A stretch of DNA of 64,000 nucleotides from Yuukianura sp. NJ FZ-2021 (lineage: Eukaryota): positions 1-64,000 of the forward strand of contig JAJCTO010000010.1 of assembly GCA_046563655.1 (NCBI GenBank), read 5' to 3'. Position 1 is the first letter of the stretch. The number at the start of each line of letters is the position of its first letter. Shown piece after piece: positions 1 through 15,520 of this stretch. A model generated the notes under the pieces. It searched no databases. It was not told where the DNA came from and saw only the letters and a program-made list of their open reading frames with translations. A program made the position numbers and the translations under genes.

Positions 1-594
1 GTGTACGAAGAATATCAACTTCAAGGTCAATTCGAATATACAGCCACCTTCAGTGGCGGTGTTCTAGGTGAAATCATCTTTTTTTTACTTGTCACACTGC
101 TTTAACATCCCTTTAGTAAGTGTGACGTGAACTTCAAGCATTTTACTTGAACGTATGAAGACACGTCTTAACCTTAGAAAATGGAATGCAGCATAGAATG
201 TCTTTCGACGCCCACGAAGCCGTGTACGAAGAATATCAACTTCAAGGTCAATTCGAATATACAGCCACCTTCAGTGGCGGTGTTCTAGGTGAAACCATCT
301 TTTTTTACTTGTCACACTGCTTTAACATCCCTTTAGTAAGTGTGACGTGAACTTCAAGCATTTTACTTGAGCGTATGAAGACACGTCTTAACCTTAGAAA
401 ATGGAATCCAGCATAGAATGTCTTTCGACGCCCACGAATCCGTGTACGAAGAATATCAACTTCAAGGTCAATTCGAATATATAACCACTTTCAGTGCCGG
501 CGTTCTTGGTGAAATCATCTTTTTTTACTTGTCACACTGCTTTAACATCCCTTTAGTAAGTGTGACGTGAACTTCAAGCATTTTACTATTTTAC

Positions 595-3500
595 TTGAGC
601 GTATGGAGACACGTCTTAACTTTAGAAAATGGAATCCAGCATAGAATGTCTTTCGACGCACACGAATCCGTGTACGAAGAATATCAACTTCAAGGTCAAT
701 TCGAATATATAACCACTTTCAGTGCCGGCGTTCTTGGTGACCTCATCTTTTTTTCTTGTCACACTGCTTTAACATCCCTTTAGTAAGTGTGACGTGAACT
801 TCAAGCATTTTACTTGAGCGTACGGAGACACGTCTTAACCTTAGAAAATGGAATCCAGCATAGAATGTCTTTCGACGCCCACGAATCCGTGTACGAAGAG
901 TATCAACTTCAAGGTCAATTCGAATATATAACCACTTTCAGTGCCGGCGTTCTTGGTGAAATCAACTTTTTTTACTCGTGAGACTGCTTTAACATCCCTT
1001 TAGTAAGTGTGACGTGAACTTCAAGCATTTTACTTGAGCGTATGGAGACACGTCTTAACCTTAGAAAATGGAATCCAGCATAGAATGTCTTTCGACGCCC
1101 ACGAATTCGTGTACGAAGAATATCAACTTCAAGGTCAATTCGAATATATAACCACTTTCAGTGCCGGCGTTCTTCGTGAAATCATCTTTTTTTACTTGTC
1201 ACACTGCTTTAACATCCCTTTAGTAAGTGTGACGTGAACTTCAAGCATTTTACTATTTTACTTGAGCGTATGGAGACACGTCTTAACCTTAGAAAATGGA
1301 ATCCAGCATAGAACGTCTTTCGACGCCCACGAATCCGTGTACGAAGAATATCAACTTCAAGGTCAATTCGAATATATAACCACTTTCAGTGCCGGCGTTC
1401 TTGGTGAAATCATCTTTTTGTACTTGTCACACTGCTTTAACATCCCTTTAGTAAGTGTAACGTGAACTTCAAGCATTTTACTTGAGGGTATGAAGACACG
1501 TCTTAGCCTTAGAAAATGGAATGCAGCATAGAATGTCTTTCGACGCCCACGAATCCGTGTACGAAGAATATCAACTTCAAGGTCAATTCGAATATATAAC
1601 CACTTTCAGTGCCGGCGTTCTTGGTGAAATCATCTTTTTTTACTTGTCACACTGCTTTAACATCCCTTTAGTAAGTGTGACGTGAACTTCAAGCATTTTA
1701 CTATTTTACTTGAGCGTATGGAGACACGTCTTAACTTTAGAAAATGGAATCCAGCATAGAATGTCTTTCGACGCACACGAATCCGTGTACGAAGAATATC
1801 AACTTCAAGGTCAATTCGAATATATAACCACTTTCAGTGCCGGCGTTCTTGGTGACCTCATCTTTTTTTCTTGTCACACTGCTTTAACATCCCTTTAGTA
1901 AGTGTGACGTGAACTTCAAGCATTTTACTTGAGCGTACGGAGACACGTCTTAACCTTAGAAAATGGAATCCAGCATAGAATGTCTTTCGACGCCCACGAA
2001 TCCGTGTACGAAGAGTATCAACTTCAAGGTCAATTCGAATATATAACCACTTTCAGTGCCGGCGTTCTTGGTGAAATCAACTTTTTTTACTCGTCAGACT
2101 GCTTTAACATCCCTTTAGTAAGTGTGACGTGAACTTCAAGCATTTTACTTGAGCGTATGGAGACACGTCTTAACCTTAGAAAATGGAATCCAGCATAGAA
2201 TGTCTTTCGACGCCCACGAATTCGTGTACGAAGAATATCAACTTCAAGGTCAATTCGAATATATAACCACTTTCAGTGCCGGCGTTCTTCGTGAAATCAT
2301 CTTTTTTTACTTGTCACACTGCTTTAACATCCCTTTAGTAAGTGTGACGTGAACTTCAAGCATTTTACTATTTTACTTGAGCGTATGGAGACACGTCTTA
2401 ACCTTAGAAAATGGAATCCAGCATAGAACGTCTTTCGACGCCCACGAATCCGTGTACGAAGAATATCAACTTCAAGGTCAATTCGAATATATAACCACTT
2501 TCAGTGCCGGCGTTCTTGGTGAAATCATCTTTTTGTACTTGTCACACTGCTTTAACATCCCTTTAGTAAGTGTAACGTGAACTTCAAGCATTTTACTTGA
2601 GGGTATGAAGACACGTCTTAGCCTTAGAAAATGGAATGCAGCATAGAATGTCTTTCGACGCCCACGAATCCGTGTACGAAGAATATCAACTTCAAGGTCA
2701 ATTCGAATATATAACCACTTTCAGTGCCGGCGTTCTTGGTGAAATCATCTTTTTTACTTGTCACACTGCTTTAACATCCCTTTAGTAAGTGTGACGTGAA
2801 CTTCAAGCATTTTACTATTTTACTTGAGCGTATGGAGACACGTCTTAACTTTAGAAAATGGAATCCAGCATAGAATGTCTTTCGACGCACACGAATCCGT
2901 GTACGAAGAATATCAACTTCAAGGTCAATTCGAATATATAACCACTTTCAGTGCCGGCGTTCTTGGTGACCTCATCTTTTTTTCTTGTCACACTGCTTTA
3001 ACATCCCTTTAGTAAGTGTGACGTGAACTTCAAGCATTTTACTTGAGCGTACGGAGACACGTCTTAACCTTAGAAAATGGAATCCAGCATAGAATGTCTT
3101 TCGACGCCCACGAATCCGTGTACGAAGAGTATCAACTTCAAGGTCAATTCGAATATATAACCACTTTCAGTGCCGGCGTTCTTGGTGAAATCAACTTTTT
3201 TACTCGTCAGACTGCTTTAACATCCCTTTAGTAAGTGTGACGTGAACTTCAAGCATTTTACTTGAGCGTATGGAGACACGTCTTAACCTTAGAAAATGGA
3301 ATCCAGCATAGAATGTCTTTCGACGCCCACGAATTCGTGTACGAAGAATATCAACTTCAAGGTCAATTCGAATATATAACCACTTTCAGTGCCGGCGTTC
3401 TTCGTGAAATCATCTTTTTTTACTTGTCACACTGCTTTAACATCCCTTTAGTAAGTGTGACGTGAACTTCAAGCATTTTACTATTTTACTTGAGCGTATG

Positions 3501-5052
3501 GAGACACGTCTTAACCTTAGAAAATGGAATCCAGCATAGAACGTCTTTCGACGCCCACGAATCCGTGTACGAAGAATATCAACTTCAAGGTCAATTCGAA
3601 TATATAACCACTTTCAGTGCCGGCGTTCTTGGTGAAATCATCTTTTTGTACTTGTCACACTGCTTTAACATCCCTTTAGTAAGTGTAACGTGAACTTCAA
3701 GCATTTTACTTGAGGGTATGAAGACACGTCTTAGCCTTAGAAAATGGAATGCAGCATAGAATGTCTTTCGACGCCCACGAATCCGTGTACGAAGAATATC
3801 AACTTCAAGGTCAATTCGAATATATAACCACTTTCAGTGCCGGCGTTCTTGGTGAAATCATCTTTTTTTACTTGTCACACTGCTTTAACATCCCTTTAGT
3901 AAGTGTGACGTGAACTTCAAGCATTTTACTATTTTACTTGAGCGTATGGAGACACGTCTTAACTTTAGAAAATGGAATCCAGCATAGAATGTCTTTCGAC
4001 GCACACGAATCCGTGTACGAAGAATATCAACTTCAAGGTCAATTCGAATATATAACCACTTTCAGTGCCGGCGTTCTTGGTGACCTCATCTTTTTTTCTT
4101 GTCACACTGCTTTAACATCCCTTTAGTAAGTGTGACGTGAACTTCAAGCATTTTACTTGAGCGTACGGAGACACGTCTTAACCTTAGAAAATGGAATCCA
4201 GCATAGAATGTCTTTCGACGCCCACGAATCCGTGTACGAAGAGTATCAACTTCAAGGTCAATTCGAATATATAACCACTTTCAGTGCCGGCGTTCTTGGT
4301 GAAATCAACTTTTTTTACTCGTCAGACTGCTTTAACATCCCTTTAGTAAGTGTGACGTGAACTTCAAGCATTTTACTTGAGCGTATGGAGACACGTCTTA
4401 ACCTTAGAAAATGGAATCCAGCATAGAATGTCTTTCGACGCCCACGAATTCGTGTACGAAGAATATCAACTTCAAGGTCAATTCGAATATATAACCACTT
4501 TCAGTGCCGGCGTTCTTCGTGAAATCATCTTTTTTTACTTGTCACACTGCTTTAACATCCCTTTAGTAAGTGTGACGTGAACTTCAAGCATTTTACTATT
4601 TTACTTGAGCGTATGGAGACACGTCTTAACCTTAGAAAATGGAATCCAGCATAGAACGTCTTTCGACGCCCACGAATCCGTGTACGAAGAATATCAACTT
4701 CAAGGTCAATTCGAATATATAACCACTTTCAGTGCCGGCGTTCTTGGTGAAATCATCTTTTTGTACTTGTCACACTGCTTTAACATCCCTTTAGTAAGTG
4801 TAACGTGAACTTCAAGCATTTTACTTGAGGGTATGAATACACGTCTTAGCCTTAGAAAATGGAATGCAGCATAGAATGTCTTTCGACGCCCACGAATCCG
4901 TGTACGAAGAATATCAACTTCAAGGTCAATTCGAATATATAACCACTTTCAGTGCCGGCGTTCTTTGCGAAATCATCTTTTTTTACTTGTCACACTGCTT
5001 TAACATCCCTTTAGTAAGTGTGACGTGAACTTCAAGCATTTTACTATTTTAC
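595..5052. repeat. SatA higher-order repeat, 5-mer of ~1115 bp, 4 copies
   Basis: The diagnostic monomer (gacgcacac / ggtgacctcatc) starts at 595, 1710, 2824 and 3938. Each is followed by the same ordered variants (tacgg/gagtat/tcgtcaga; gaattcgtg; gaacgtc/tgtaac; gggtatga/atgcagc). Confidence 0.9.
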
Positions 5053-8000
5053 TTGAGCGTATGGAGACACGTCTTAACTTTAGAAAATGGAATCCAGCAT
5101 AGAATGTCTTTCGACGCACACGAATCCGTGTACGAAGAATATCAACTTCAAGGTCAATTCGAATATACAGCCACCTTCAGTGGCGGTGTTCTAGGTGAAA
5201 CCATCTTTTTTTACTTGTCACACTGCTTTAACATCCCTTTAGTAAGTGTGACGTGAACTTCAAGCATTTTACTTGAGCGTATGAAGACACGTCTTAACCT
5301 TAGAAAATGGAATCCAGCATAGAATGTCTTTCGACGCCCACGAATCCGTGTACGAAGAATATCAACTTCAAGGTCAATTCGAATATATAATCACTTTCAG
5401 TGCCGGCGTTCTTGGTGAAATCATCTTTTTTTACTTGTCACACTGCTTTAACATCCCTTAAGTAAGTGTGACGTGAAATTCAAGCATTTTACTTGAGGGT
5501 ATGGAGACACGTCTTAGCCTTAGAAAATGGAATCCAGCATAGAATGTCTTTCGACGCCCTCGAATCCGTGTACGAAGAATATCAACTTCAAGGTCAATTC
5601 GAATATATAACCACTTTCAGTGCCGGCGTTCTTTGCGAAATCATCTTTTTTTACTTGTCACACTGCTTTAACATCCCTTTAGTAAGTGTGACGTGAACTT
5701 CAAGCATTTTACTTGAGCGTATGGAGACACGTCTTAACCTTAGAAAATGGAATCCAGCATAGAATGTCTTTCGACGCCAACGAATCCGTGTACGAAGAAT
5801 ATCAACTTCAATGTCAATTCGAATATACAGCCACCTTCAGTGGCGGTGTTCTAGGTGAAATCATCTTTTTTTTACTTGTCACACTGCTTTAACATCCCTT
5901 TAGTAAGTGTGACGTGAACTTCAAGCATTTTACTTGAACGTATGAAGACACGTCTTAACCTTAGAAAATGGAATGCAGCATAGAATGTCTTTCGACGCCC
6001 ACGAAGCCGTGTACGAAGAATATCAACTTCAAGGTCAATTCGAATATACAGCCACCTTCAGTGGCGGTGTTCTAGGTGAAACCATCTTTTTTTACTTGTC
6101 ACACTGCTTTAACATCCCTTTAGTAAGTGTGACGTGAACTTCAAGCATTTTACTTGAGCGTATGAAGACACGTCTTAACCTTAGAAAATGGAATCCAGCA
6201 TAGAATGTCTTTCGACGCCCACGAATCCGTGTACGAAGAATATCAACTTCAAGGTCAATTCGAATATATAACCACTTTCAGTGCCGGCGTTCTTGGTGAA
6301 ATCATCTTTTTTTACTTGTCACACTGCTTTAACATCCCTTTAGTAAGTGTGACGTGAACTTCAAGCATTTTACTATTTTACTTGAGCGTATGGAGACACG
6401 TCTTAACTTTAGAAAATGGAATCCAGCATAGAATGTCTTTCGACGCACACGAATCCGTGTACGAAGAATATCAACTTCAAGGTCAATTCGAATATATAAC
6501 CACTTTCAGTGCCGGCGTTCTTGGTGACCTCATCTTTTTTTCTTGTCACACTGCTTTAACATCCCTTTAGTAAGTGTGACGTGAACTTCAAGCATTTTAC
6601 TTGAGCGTACGGAGACACGTCTTAACCTTAGAAAATGGAATCCAGCATAGAATGTCTTTCGACGCCCACGAATCCGTGTACGAAGAGTATCAACTTCAAG
6701 GTCAATTCGAATATATAACCACTTCCAGTGCCGGCGTTCTTGGTGAAATCATCTTTTTTTACTTGTCACACTGCTTTAACATCCCTTTAGTAAGTTTGAC
6801 GTGAACTTCAAGCATTTTACTTGAGCGTATGGAGACAGGTCTTAACCTTAGAAAATGGAATCCAGCATAGAATGACTTTCGACGCCCACCAATCCGTGTA
6901 CGAAGAATATCAACTTCAAGGTCAATTCGAATATATAACCACTTTCAGTGCCGGCGTTCTTGGTGAAATCATCTTTTTTTACTTGTCATACTGCTTTAAC
7001 ATCCCTTTAGTAAGTGTGACGTGAACTTCAAGCATTTTACTATTTTACTTTAGCGTGTGGAGACACGTCTTAACCTTAGAAAATGGAATCCAGCATAGAA
7101 TGTCTTTCGACGCCCACGAATCCGTGTACGAAGAATATCAACTTCAAGGTCAATTCGAATATATAACCACTTTCAGTGCCGGCGTTCTTCGTGAAATCAT
7201 CTTTTTTACTTGTCACACTGCTTTAACATCCCTTTAGTAAGTGTGACGTGAACTTCAAGCATTTTACTATTTTACTTGAGCGTATGGAGACACGTCTTAA
7301 CCTTAGAAAATGGAATCCAGCATAGAATGTCTTTCGACGCCCACGAATCCGTGTACGAAGAATATCAACTTCAAGGTCAATTCGAATATATAACCACTTT
7401 CAGTGCCGGCGTTCTTGGTGAAATCATCTTTTTTTACTTGTCACACTGCTTTAACATCCCTTTAGTAGTGTGACGTGAACTTCAAGCATTTTACTATTTT
7501 ACTTGAGCGTATGGAGACACGTCTTAACTTTAGAAAATGGAATCCAGCATAGAATGTCTTTCGACGCACACGAATCCGTGTACGAAGAATATCAACTTCA
7601 AGGTCAATTCGAATATATAACCACTTTCAGTGCCGGCGTTCTTGGTGACCTCATCTTTTTTTCTTGTCACACTGCTTTAACATCCCTTTAGTAAGTGTGA
7701 CGTGAACTTCAAGCATTTTACTTGAGCGTACGGAGACACGTTTTAACCTTAGAAAATGGAATCCAGCATAGAATGTCTTTCGACGCCCACGAATCCGTGT
7801 ACGAAGAGTATCAACTTCAAGGTCAATTCGAATATATAACCACTTTCAGTGCCGGCGTTCTTCGTGAAATCATCTTTTTTTACTTGTCACACTGCTTTAA
7901 CATCCCTTTAGTAAGTGTGACGTGAACTTCAAGCATTTTACTTGAGCGTATGGAGACAGGTCTTAACCTTAGAAAATGGAATCCAGCATAGAATGACTTT

Positions 8001-10400
8001 CGACGCCCACCAATCCGTGTACGAAGAATATCAACTTCAAGGTCAATTCGAATATATAACCACTTTCAGTGCCGGCGTTCTTGGTGAAATCATCTTTTTT
8101 TACTTGTCATACTGCTTTAACATCCCTTTAGTAAGTGTGACGTGAACTTCAAGCATTTTACTATTTTACTTTAGCGTGTGGAGACACGTCTTAACCTTAG
8201 AAAATGGAATCCAGCATAGAATGTCTTTCGACGCCCACGAATCCGTGTACGAAGAATATCAACTTCAAGGTCAATTCGAATATATAACCACTTTCAGTGC
8301 CGGCGTTCTTCGTGAAATCATCTTTTTTTACTTGTCACACTGCTTTAACATCCCTTTAGTAAGTGTGACGTGAACTTCAAGCATTTTACTATTTTACTTG
8401 AGCGTATGGAGACACGTCTTAACCTTAGAAAATGGAATCCAGCATAGAATGTCTTTCGACGCCCACGAATCCGTGTACGAAGAATATCAACTTCAAGGTC
8501 AATTCGAATATATAACCACTTTCAGTGCCGGCGTTCTTCGTGAAATCATCTTTTTTACTTGTCACACTGCTTTAACATCCCTTTAGTAAGTGTGACGTGA
8601 ACTTCAAGCATTTTACTATTTTACTTGAGCGTATGGAGACACGTCTTAACCTTAGAAAATGGAATCCAGCATAGAATGTCTTTCGACGCCCACGAATCCG
8701 TGTACGAAGAATATCAACTTCAAGGTCAATTCGAATATATAACCACTTCCAGTGCCGGCGTTCTTGGTGAAATCATCTTTTTTTACTTGTCACACTGCTT
8801 TAACATCCCTTTAGTAAGTTTGACGTGAACTTCAAGCATTTTACTTGAGCGTATGGAGACAGGTCTTAACCTTAGAAAATGGAATCCAGCATAGAATGAC
8901 TTTCGACGCCCACCAATCCGTGTACGAAGAATATCAACTTCAAGGTCAATTCGAATATATAACCACTTTCAGTGCCGGCGTTCTTGGTGAAATCATCTTT
9001 TTTTACTTGTCATACTGCTTTAACATCCCTTTAGTAAGTGTGACGTGAACTTCAAGCATTTTACTTGAGGGTATGGAGACACGTCTTAGCCTTAGAAAAT
9101 GGAATGCAGCATAGAATGTCTTTCGACGCCCACAAATCCGTGTACAAAGAATATCAACATCAAAGTCAATGCGAATATATAACCACTTTCAGTGCCGGCG
9201 TTCTTGGTGAAATCATCCTTTTTTACTTGTCACACTGCTTTAACATCTCTTTAGTAAGTGTGACGTGAACTTCAAGCATTTTACTATTTTACTTGAGCGT
9301 GTGGAGACACGTCTTAACCTTAGAAAATGGAATCCAGCATAGAATGTCTTTCGACGCCCACGAATCCGTGTACGAAGAATATCAACTTCAAGGTCAATTC
9401 GAATATATAACCACCTTCAGTGCCGGCGTTCTTGGTGAAATTAACTTTTTTTACTTGTCAGACTGCTTTAACATCCCTTTAGTAGGTGTGACGAGCACAT
9501 CAAGCATTTTACTTGAGCGTATAGAGACACGTCTTAACCTTAGAAAATGGAATCCAGCATAGAATGTCTTTCGACGCCCACGAATCCGTGTACGAAGAAT
9601 ATCAACTTCAAGGTCAATTCGAATATATAACCACTTTCAGTGCCGGCGTTCTTGGTGAAATCATCTTTTTGTACTTGTCACACTGCTTTAACATCCCTTT
9701 AGTAAGTGTAACGTGAACTTCAAGCATTTTACTTGAGGGTATGGAGACACGTCTTAGCCTTAGAAAATGGAATGCAGCATAGAATGTCTTTCGACGCCCA
9801 CGAATCCGTGTACGAAGAATATCAACTTCAAGGTCAATTCGAATATATAACCACTTTCAGTGCCGGCGTTCTTGGTGAAATCAACTTTTTTTACTCGTCA
9901 GACTGCTTTAACATCCCTTTAGTAAGTGTGACGTGAACTTCAAGCATTTTACTTGAGCGTATGGAGACAGGTCTTAACCTTAGAAAATGGAATCCAGCAT
10001 AGAATGACTTTCGACGCCCACCAATCCGTGTACGAAGAATATCAACTTCAAGGTCAATTCGAATATATAACCACTTTCAGTGCCGGCGTTCTTGGTGAAA
10101 TCATCTTTTTTTACTTGTCATACTGCTTTAACATCCCTTTAGTAAGTGTGACGTGAACTTCAAGCATTTTACTTGAGGGTATGGAGACACGTCTTAGCCT
10201 TAGAAAATGGAATGCAGCATAGAATGTCTTTCGACGCCCACAAATCCGTGTACAAAGAATATCAACATCAAAGTCAATGCGAATATATAACCACTTTCAG
10301 TGCCGGCGTTCCTGGTGAAATCATCTTTTTTTACTTGTCACACTGCTTTAACATCCCTTTAGTAAGTGTGACGTGAACTTCAAGCATTTTACTATTTTAC

Positions 10401-13400
10401 TTGAGCGTGTGGAGACACGTCTTAACCTTAGAAAATGGAATCCAGCATAGAATGTCTTTCGACGCCCACGAATCCGTGTACGAAGAATATCAACTTCAAG
10501 GTCAATTCGAATATATAACCACTTTCAGTGCCGGCGTTCTTGGTGAAACCATCTTTTTGTACTTGTCACACTGCTTTAACATCCCTTTAGTAAGTGTAAC
10601 GTGAACTTCAAGCATTTTACTTGAGGGTATGAAGACACGTCTTAGCCTTAGAAAATGGAATGCAGCATAGAATGTCTTTCGACGCCCACGAATCCGTGTA
10701 CGAAGAATATCAACTTCAAGGTCAATTCGAATATATAACCACTTTCAGTGCCGGCGTTCTTGGTGAAATCAACTTTTTTTACTCGTCAGACTGCTTTAAC
10801 ATCCCTTTAGTAAGTGTGACGTGAACTTCAAGCATTTTACTTGAGCGTATGGAGACAGGTCTTAACCTTAGAAAATGGAATCCAGCATAGAATGACTTTC
10901 GACGCCCACCAATCCGTGTACGAAGAATATCAACTTCAAGGTCAATTCGAATATATAACCACTTTCAGTGCCGGCGTTCTTGGTGAAATCATCTTTTTTA
11001 CTTGTCATACTGCTTTAACATCCCTTTACTAAGTGTGACGTGAACTTCAAGCATTTTACTTGAGGGTATGGAGACACGTCTTAGCCTTAGAAAATGGAAT
11101 GCAGCATAGAATGTCTTTCGACGCCTACAAATCCGTGTACAAAGAATATCAACATCAAAGTCAATGCGAATATATAACCACTTTCAGTGCCGGCGTTCCT
11201 GGTGAAATCATCTTTTTTACTTGTCACACTGCTTTAACATCCCTTTAGTAAGTGTGACGTGAACTTCAAGCATTTTACTATTTTACTTGAGCGTGTGGAG
11301 ACACGTCTTAACCTTAGAAAATGGAATCCAGCATAGAATGTCTTTCGACGCCCACGAATCCGTGTACGAAGAATATCAACTTCAAGGTCAATTCGAATAT
11401 ATAACCACTTTCAGTGCCGGCGTTCTTCGTGAAATCATCTTTTTTTACTTGTCACACTGCTTTAACATCCCTTTAGTAAGTGTGACGTGAACTTCAAGCA
11501 TTTTACTATTTTACTTGAGCGTATGGAGACACGTCTTAACCTTAGAAAATGGAATCCAGCATAGAATGTCTTTCGACGCCCACGAATCCGTGTACGAAGA
11601 ATATCAACTTCAAGGTCAATTCGAATATATAACCACCTTCAGTGCCGGCGTTCTTGGTGAAATTAACTTTTTTTACTTGTCAGACTGCTTTAACATCCCT
11701 TTAGTAGGTGTGACGAGCACATCCAGCATTTTACTTGAGCGTATAGAGACACGTCTTAACCTTAGAAAATGGAATCCAGCATAGAATGTCTTTCGACGCC
11801 CACGAATCCGTGTACGAAGAATATCAACTTCAAGGTCAATTCGAATATATAACCACTTTCAGTGCCGGCGTTCTTGGTGAAATCATCCTTTTTTACTTGT
11901 CACACTGCTTTAACATCTCTTTAGTAAGTGTGACGTGAACTTCAAGCATTTTACTATTTTACTTGAGCGTATGGAGACACGTCTTAACCTTAGAAAATGG
12001 AATCCAGCATAGAATGTCTTTCGACGCCCACGAATCCGTGTACGAAGAATATCAACTTCAAGGTCAATTCGAATATATAACCACTTTCAGTGCCGGCGTT
12101 CTTGGTGAAATCATCTTTTTGTACTTGTCACACTGCTTTAACATCCCTTTAGTAAGTGTAACGTGAACTTCAAGCATTTTACTTGAGGGTATGGAGACAC
12201 GTCTTAGCCTTAGAAAATGGAATGCAGCATAGAATGTCTTTCGACGCCCACGAATCCGTGTACGAAGAATATCAACTTCAAGGTCAATTCGAATATATAA
12301 CCACTTTCAGTGCCGGCGTTCTTGGTGAAATCAACTTTTTTTACTTGTCAGACTGCTTTAACATCCCTTTAGTAAGTGTGACGAGCACATCAAGCATTTT
12401 ACTTGAGCGTATAGAGACACGTCTTAACCTTAGAAAATGGAATCCAGCATAGAATGTCTTTCGACGCCCACGAATCCGTGTACGAAGAGTATCAACTTCA
12501 AGGTCAATTCGAATATATAACCACTTTCAGTGCCGGCGTTCTTGGTGAAATCATCTTTTTGTACTTGTCACACTGCTTTAACATCCCTTTAGTAAGTGTA
12601 ACGTGAACTTCAAGCATTTTACTTGAGGGTATGAAGACACGTCTTAGCCTTAGAAAATGGAATGCAGCATAGAATGTCTTTCGACGCCCACGAATCCGTG
12701 TACGAAGAATATCAACTTCAAGGTCAATTCGAATATATAACCACTTTCAGTGCCGGCGTTCTTGGTGAAATCAACTTTTTTTACTCGTCAGACTGCTTTA
12801 ACATCCCTTTAGTAAGTGTGACGTGAACTTCAAGCATTTTACTTGAGCGTATGGAGACAGGTCTTAACCTTAGAAAATGGAATCCAGCATAGAATGACTT
12901 TCGACGCCCACCAATCCGTGTACGAAGAATATCAACTTCAAGGTCAATTCGAATATATAACCACTTTCAGTGCCGGCGTTCTTGGTGAAATCATCTTTTT
13001 TTACTTGTCATACTGCTTTAACATCCCTTTAGTAAGTGTGACGTGAACTTCAAGCATTTTACTATTTTACTTGAGCGTGTGGAGACACGTCTTAACCTTA
13101 GAAAATGGAATCCAGCATAGAATGTCTTTCGACGCCCACGAATCCGTGTACGAAGAATATCAACTTCAAGGTCAATTCGAATATATAACCACTTTCAGTG
13201 CCGGCGTTCTTGGTGAAATCATCTTTTTTTACTTGTCACACTGCTTTAACATCCCTTTAGTAAGTGTGACGTGAACTTCAAGCATTTTACTATTTTACTT
13301 GAGCGTGTGGAGACACGTCTTAACCTTAGAAAATGGAATCCAGCATAGAATGTCTTTCGACGCCCACGAATCCGTGTACGAAGAATATCAACTTCAAGGT

Positions 13401-15520
13401 CAATTCGAATATATAACCACTTTCAGTGCCGGCGTTCTTGGTGAAACCATCTTTTTGTACTTGTCACACTGCTTTAACATCCCTTTAGTAAGTGTAACGT
13501 GAACTTCAAGCATTTTACTTGAGGGTATGAAGACACGTCTTAGCCTTAGAAAATGGAATGCAGCATAGAATGTCTTTCGACGCCCACGAATCCGTGTACG
13601 AAGAATATCAACTTCAAGGTCAATTCGAATATATAACCACTTTCAGTGCCGGCGTTCTTGGTGAAATCAACTTTTTTTACTCGTCAGACTGCTTTAACAT
13701 CCCTTTAGTAAGTGTGACGTGAACTTCAAGCATTTTACTTGAGCGTATGGAGACAGGTCTTAACCTTAGAAAATGGAATCCAGCATAGAATGACTTTCGA
13801 CGCCCACCAATCCGTGTACGAAGAATATCAACTTCAAGGTCAATTCGAATATATAACCACTTTCAGTGCCGGCGTTCTTGGTGAAATCATCTTTTTTTAC
13901 TTGTCATACTGCTTTAACATCCCTTTAGTAAGTGTGACGTGAACTTCAAGCATTTTACTTGAGGGTATGGAGACACGTCTTAGCCTTAGAAAATGGAATG
14001 CAGCATAGAATGTCTTTCGACGCCTACAAATCCGTGTACAAAGAATATCAACATCAAAGTCAATGCGAATATATAACCACTTTCAGTGCCGGCGTTCCTG
14101 GTGAAATCATCTTTTTTTACTTGTCACACTGCTTTAACATCCCTTTAGTAAGTGTGACGTGAACTTCAAGCATTTTACTATTTTACTTGAGCGTGTGGAG
14201 ACACGTCTTAACCTTAGAAAATGGAATCCAGCATAGAATGTCTTTCGACGCCCACGAATCCGTGTACGAAGAATATCAACTTCAAGGTCAATTCGAATAT
14301 ATAACCACTTTCAGTGCCGGCGTTCTTCGTGAAATCATCTTTTTTTACTTGTCACACTGCTTTAACATCCCTTTAGTAAGTGTGACGTGAACTTCAAGCA
14401 TTTTACTATTTTACTTGAGCGTATGGAGACACGTCTTAACCTTAGAAAATGGAATCCAGCATAGAATGTCTTTCGACGCCCACGAATCCGTGTACGAAGA
14501 ATATCAACTTCAAGGTCAATTCGAATATATAACCACCTTCAGTGCCGGCGTTCTTGGTGAAATTAACTTTTTTTACTTGTCAGACTGCTTTAACATCCCT
14601 TTAGTAGGTGTGACGAGCACATCAAGCATTTTACTTGAGCGTATAGAGACACGTCTTAACCTTAGAAAATGGAATCCAGCATAGAATGTCTTTCGACGCC
14701 CACGAATCCGTGTACGAAGAATATCAACTTCAAGGTCAATTCGAATATATAACCACTTTCAGTGCCGGCGTTCTTGGTGAAATCATCCTTTTTTACTTGT
14801 CACACTGCTTTAACATCTCTTTAGTAAGTGTGACGTGAACTTCAAGCATTTTACTATTTTACTTGAGCGTATGGAGACACGTCTTAACCTTAGAAAATGG
14901 AATCCAGCATAGAATGTCTTTCGACGCCCACGAATCCGTGTACGAAGAATATCAACTTCAAGGTCAATTCGAATATATAACCACTTTCAGTGCCGGCGTT
15001 CTTGGTGAAATCATCTTTTTGTACTTGTCACACTGCTTTAACATCCCTTTAGTAAGTGTAACGTGAACTTCAAGCATTTTACTTGAGGGTATGGAGACAC
15101 GTCTTAGCCTTAGAAAATGGAATGCAGCATAGAATGTCTTTCGACGCCCACGAATCCGTGTACGAAGAATATCAACTTCAAGGTCAATTCGAATATATAA
15201 CCACTTTCAGTGCCGGCGTTCTTGGTGAAATCAACTTTTTGTACTTGTCAGACTGCTTTAACATCCCTTTAGTAAGTGTGACGAGCACATCAAGCATTTT
15301 ACTTGAGCGTATAGAGACACGTCTTAACCTTAGAAAATGGAATCCAGCATAGAATGTCTTTCGACGCCCACGAATCCGTGTACGAAGAATATCAACTTCA
15401 AGGTCAATTCGAATATATAACCACTTTCAGTGCCGGCGTTCTTGGTGAAATCATCTTTTTGTACTTGTCACACTGCTTTAACATCCCTTTAGTAAGTGTG
15501 ACGTGAACTTCAAGCATTTT
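10401..15520. repeat. SatA ~2.9-kb (13-monomer) segmental duplication / HOR, ~1.8 copies
   Basis: Identical variant monomers are offset by 2898-2900 bp: 10401/13299, 10841/13739, 11060/13959, 11287/14187, 11515/14415, 11963/14863, 12183/15083. Confidence 0.85.
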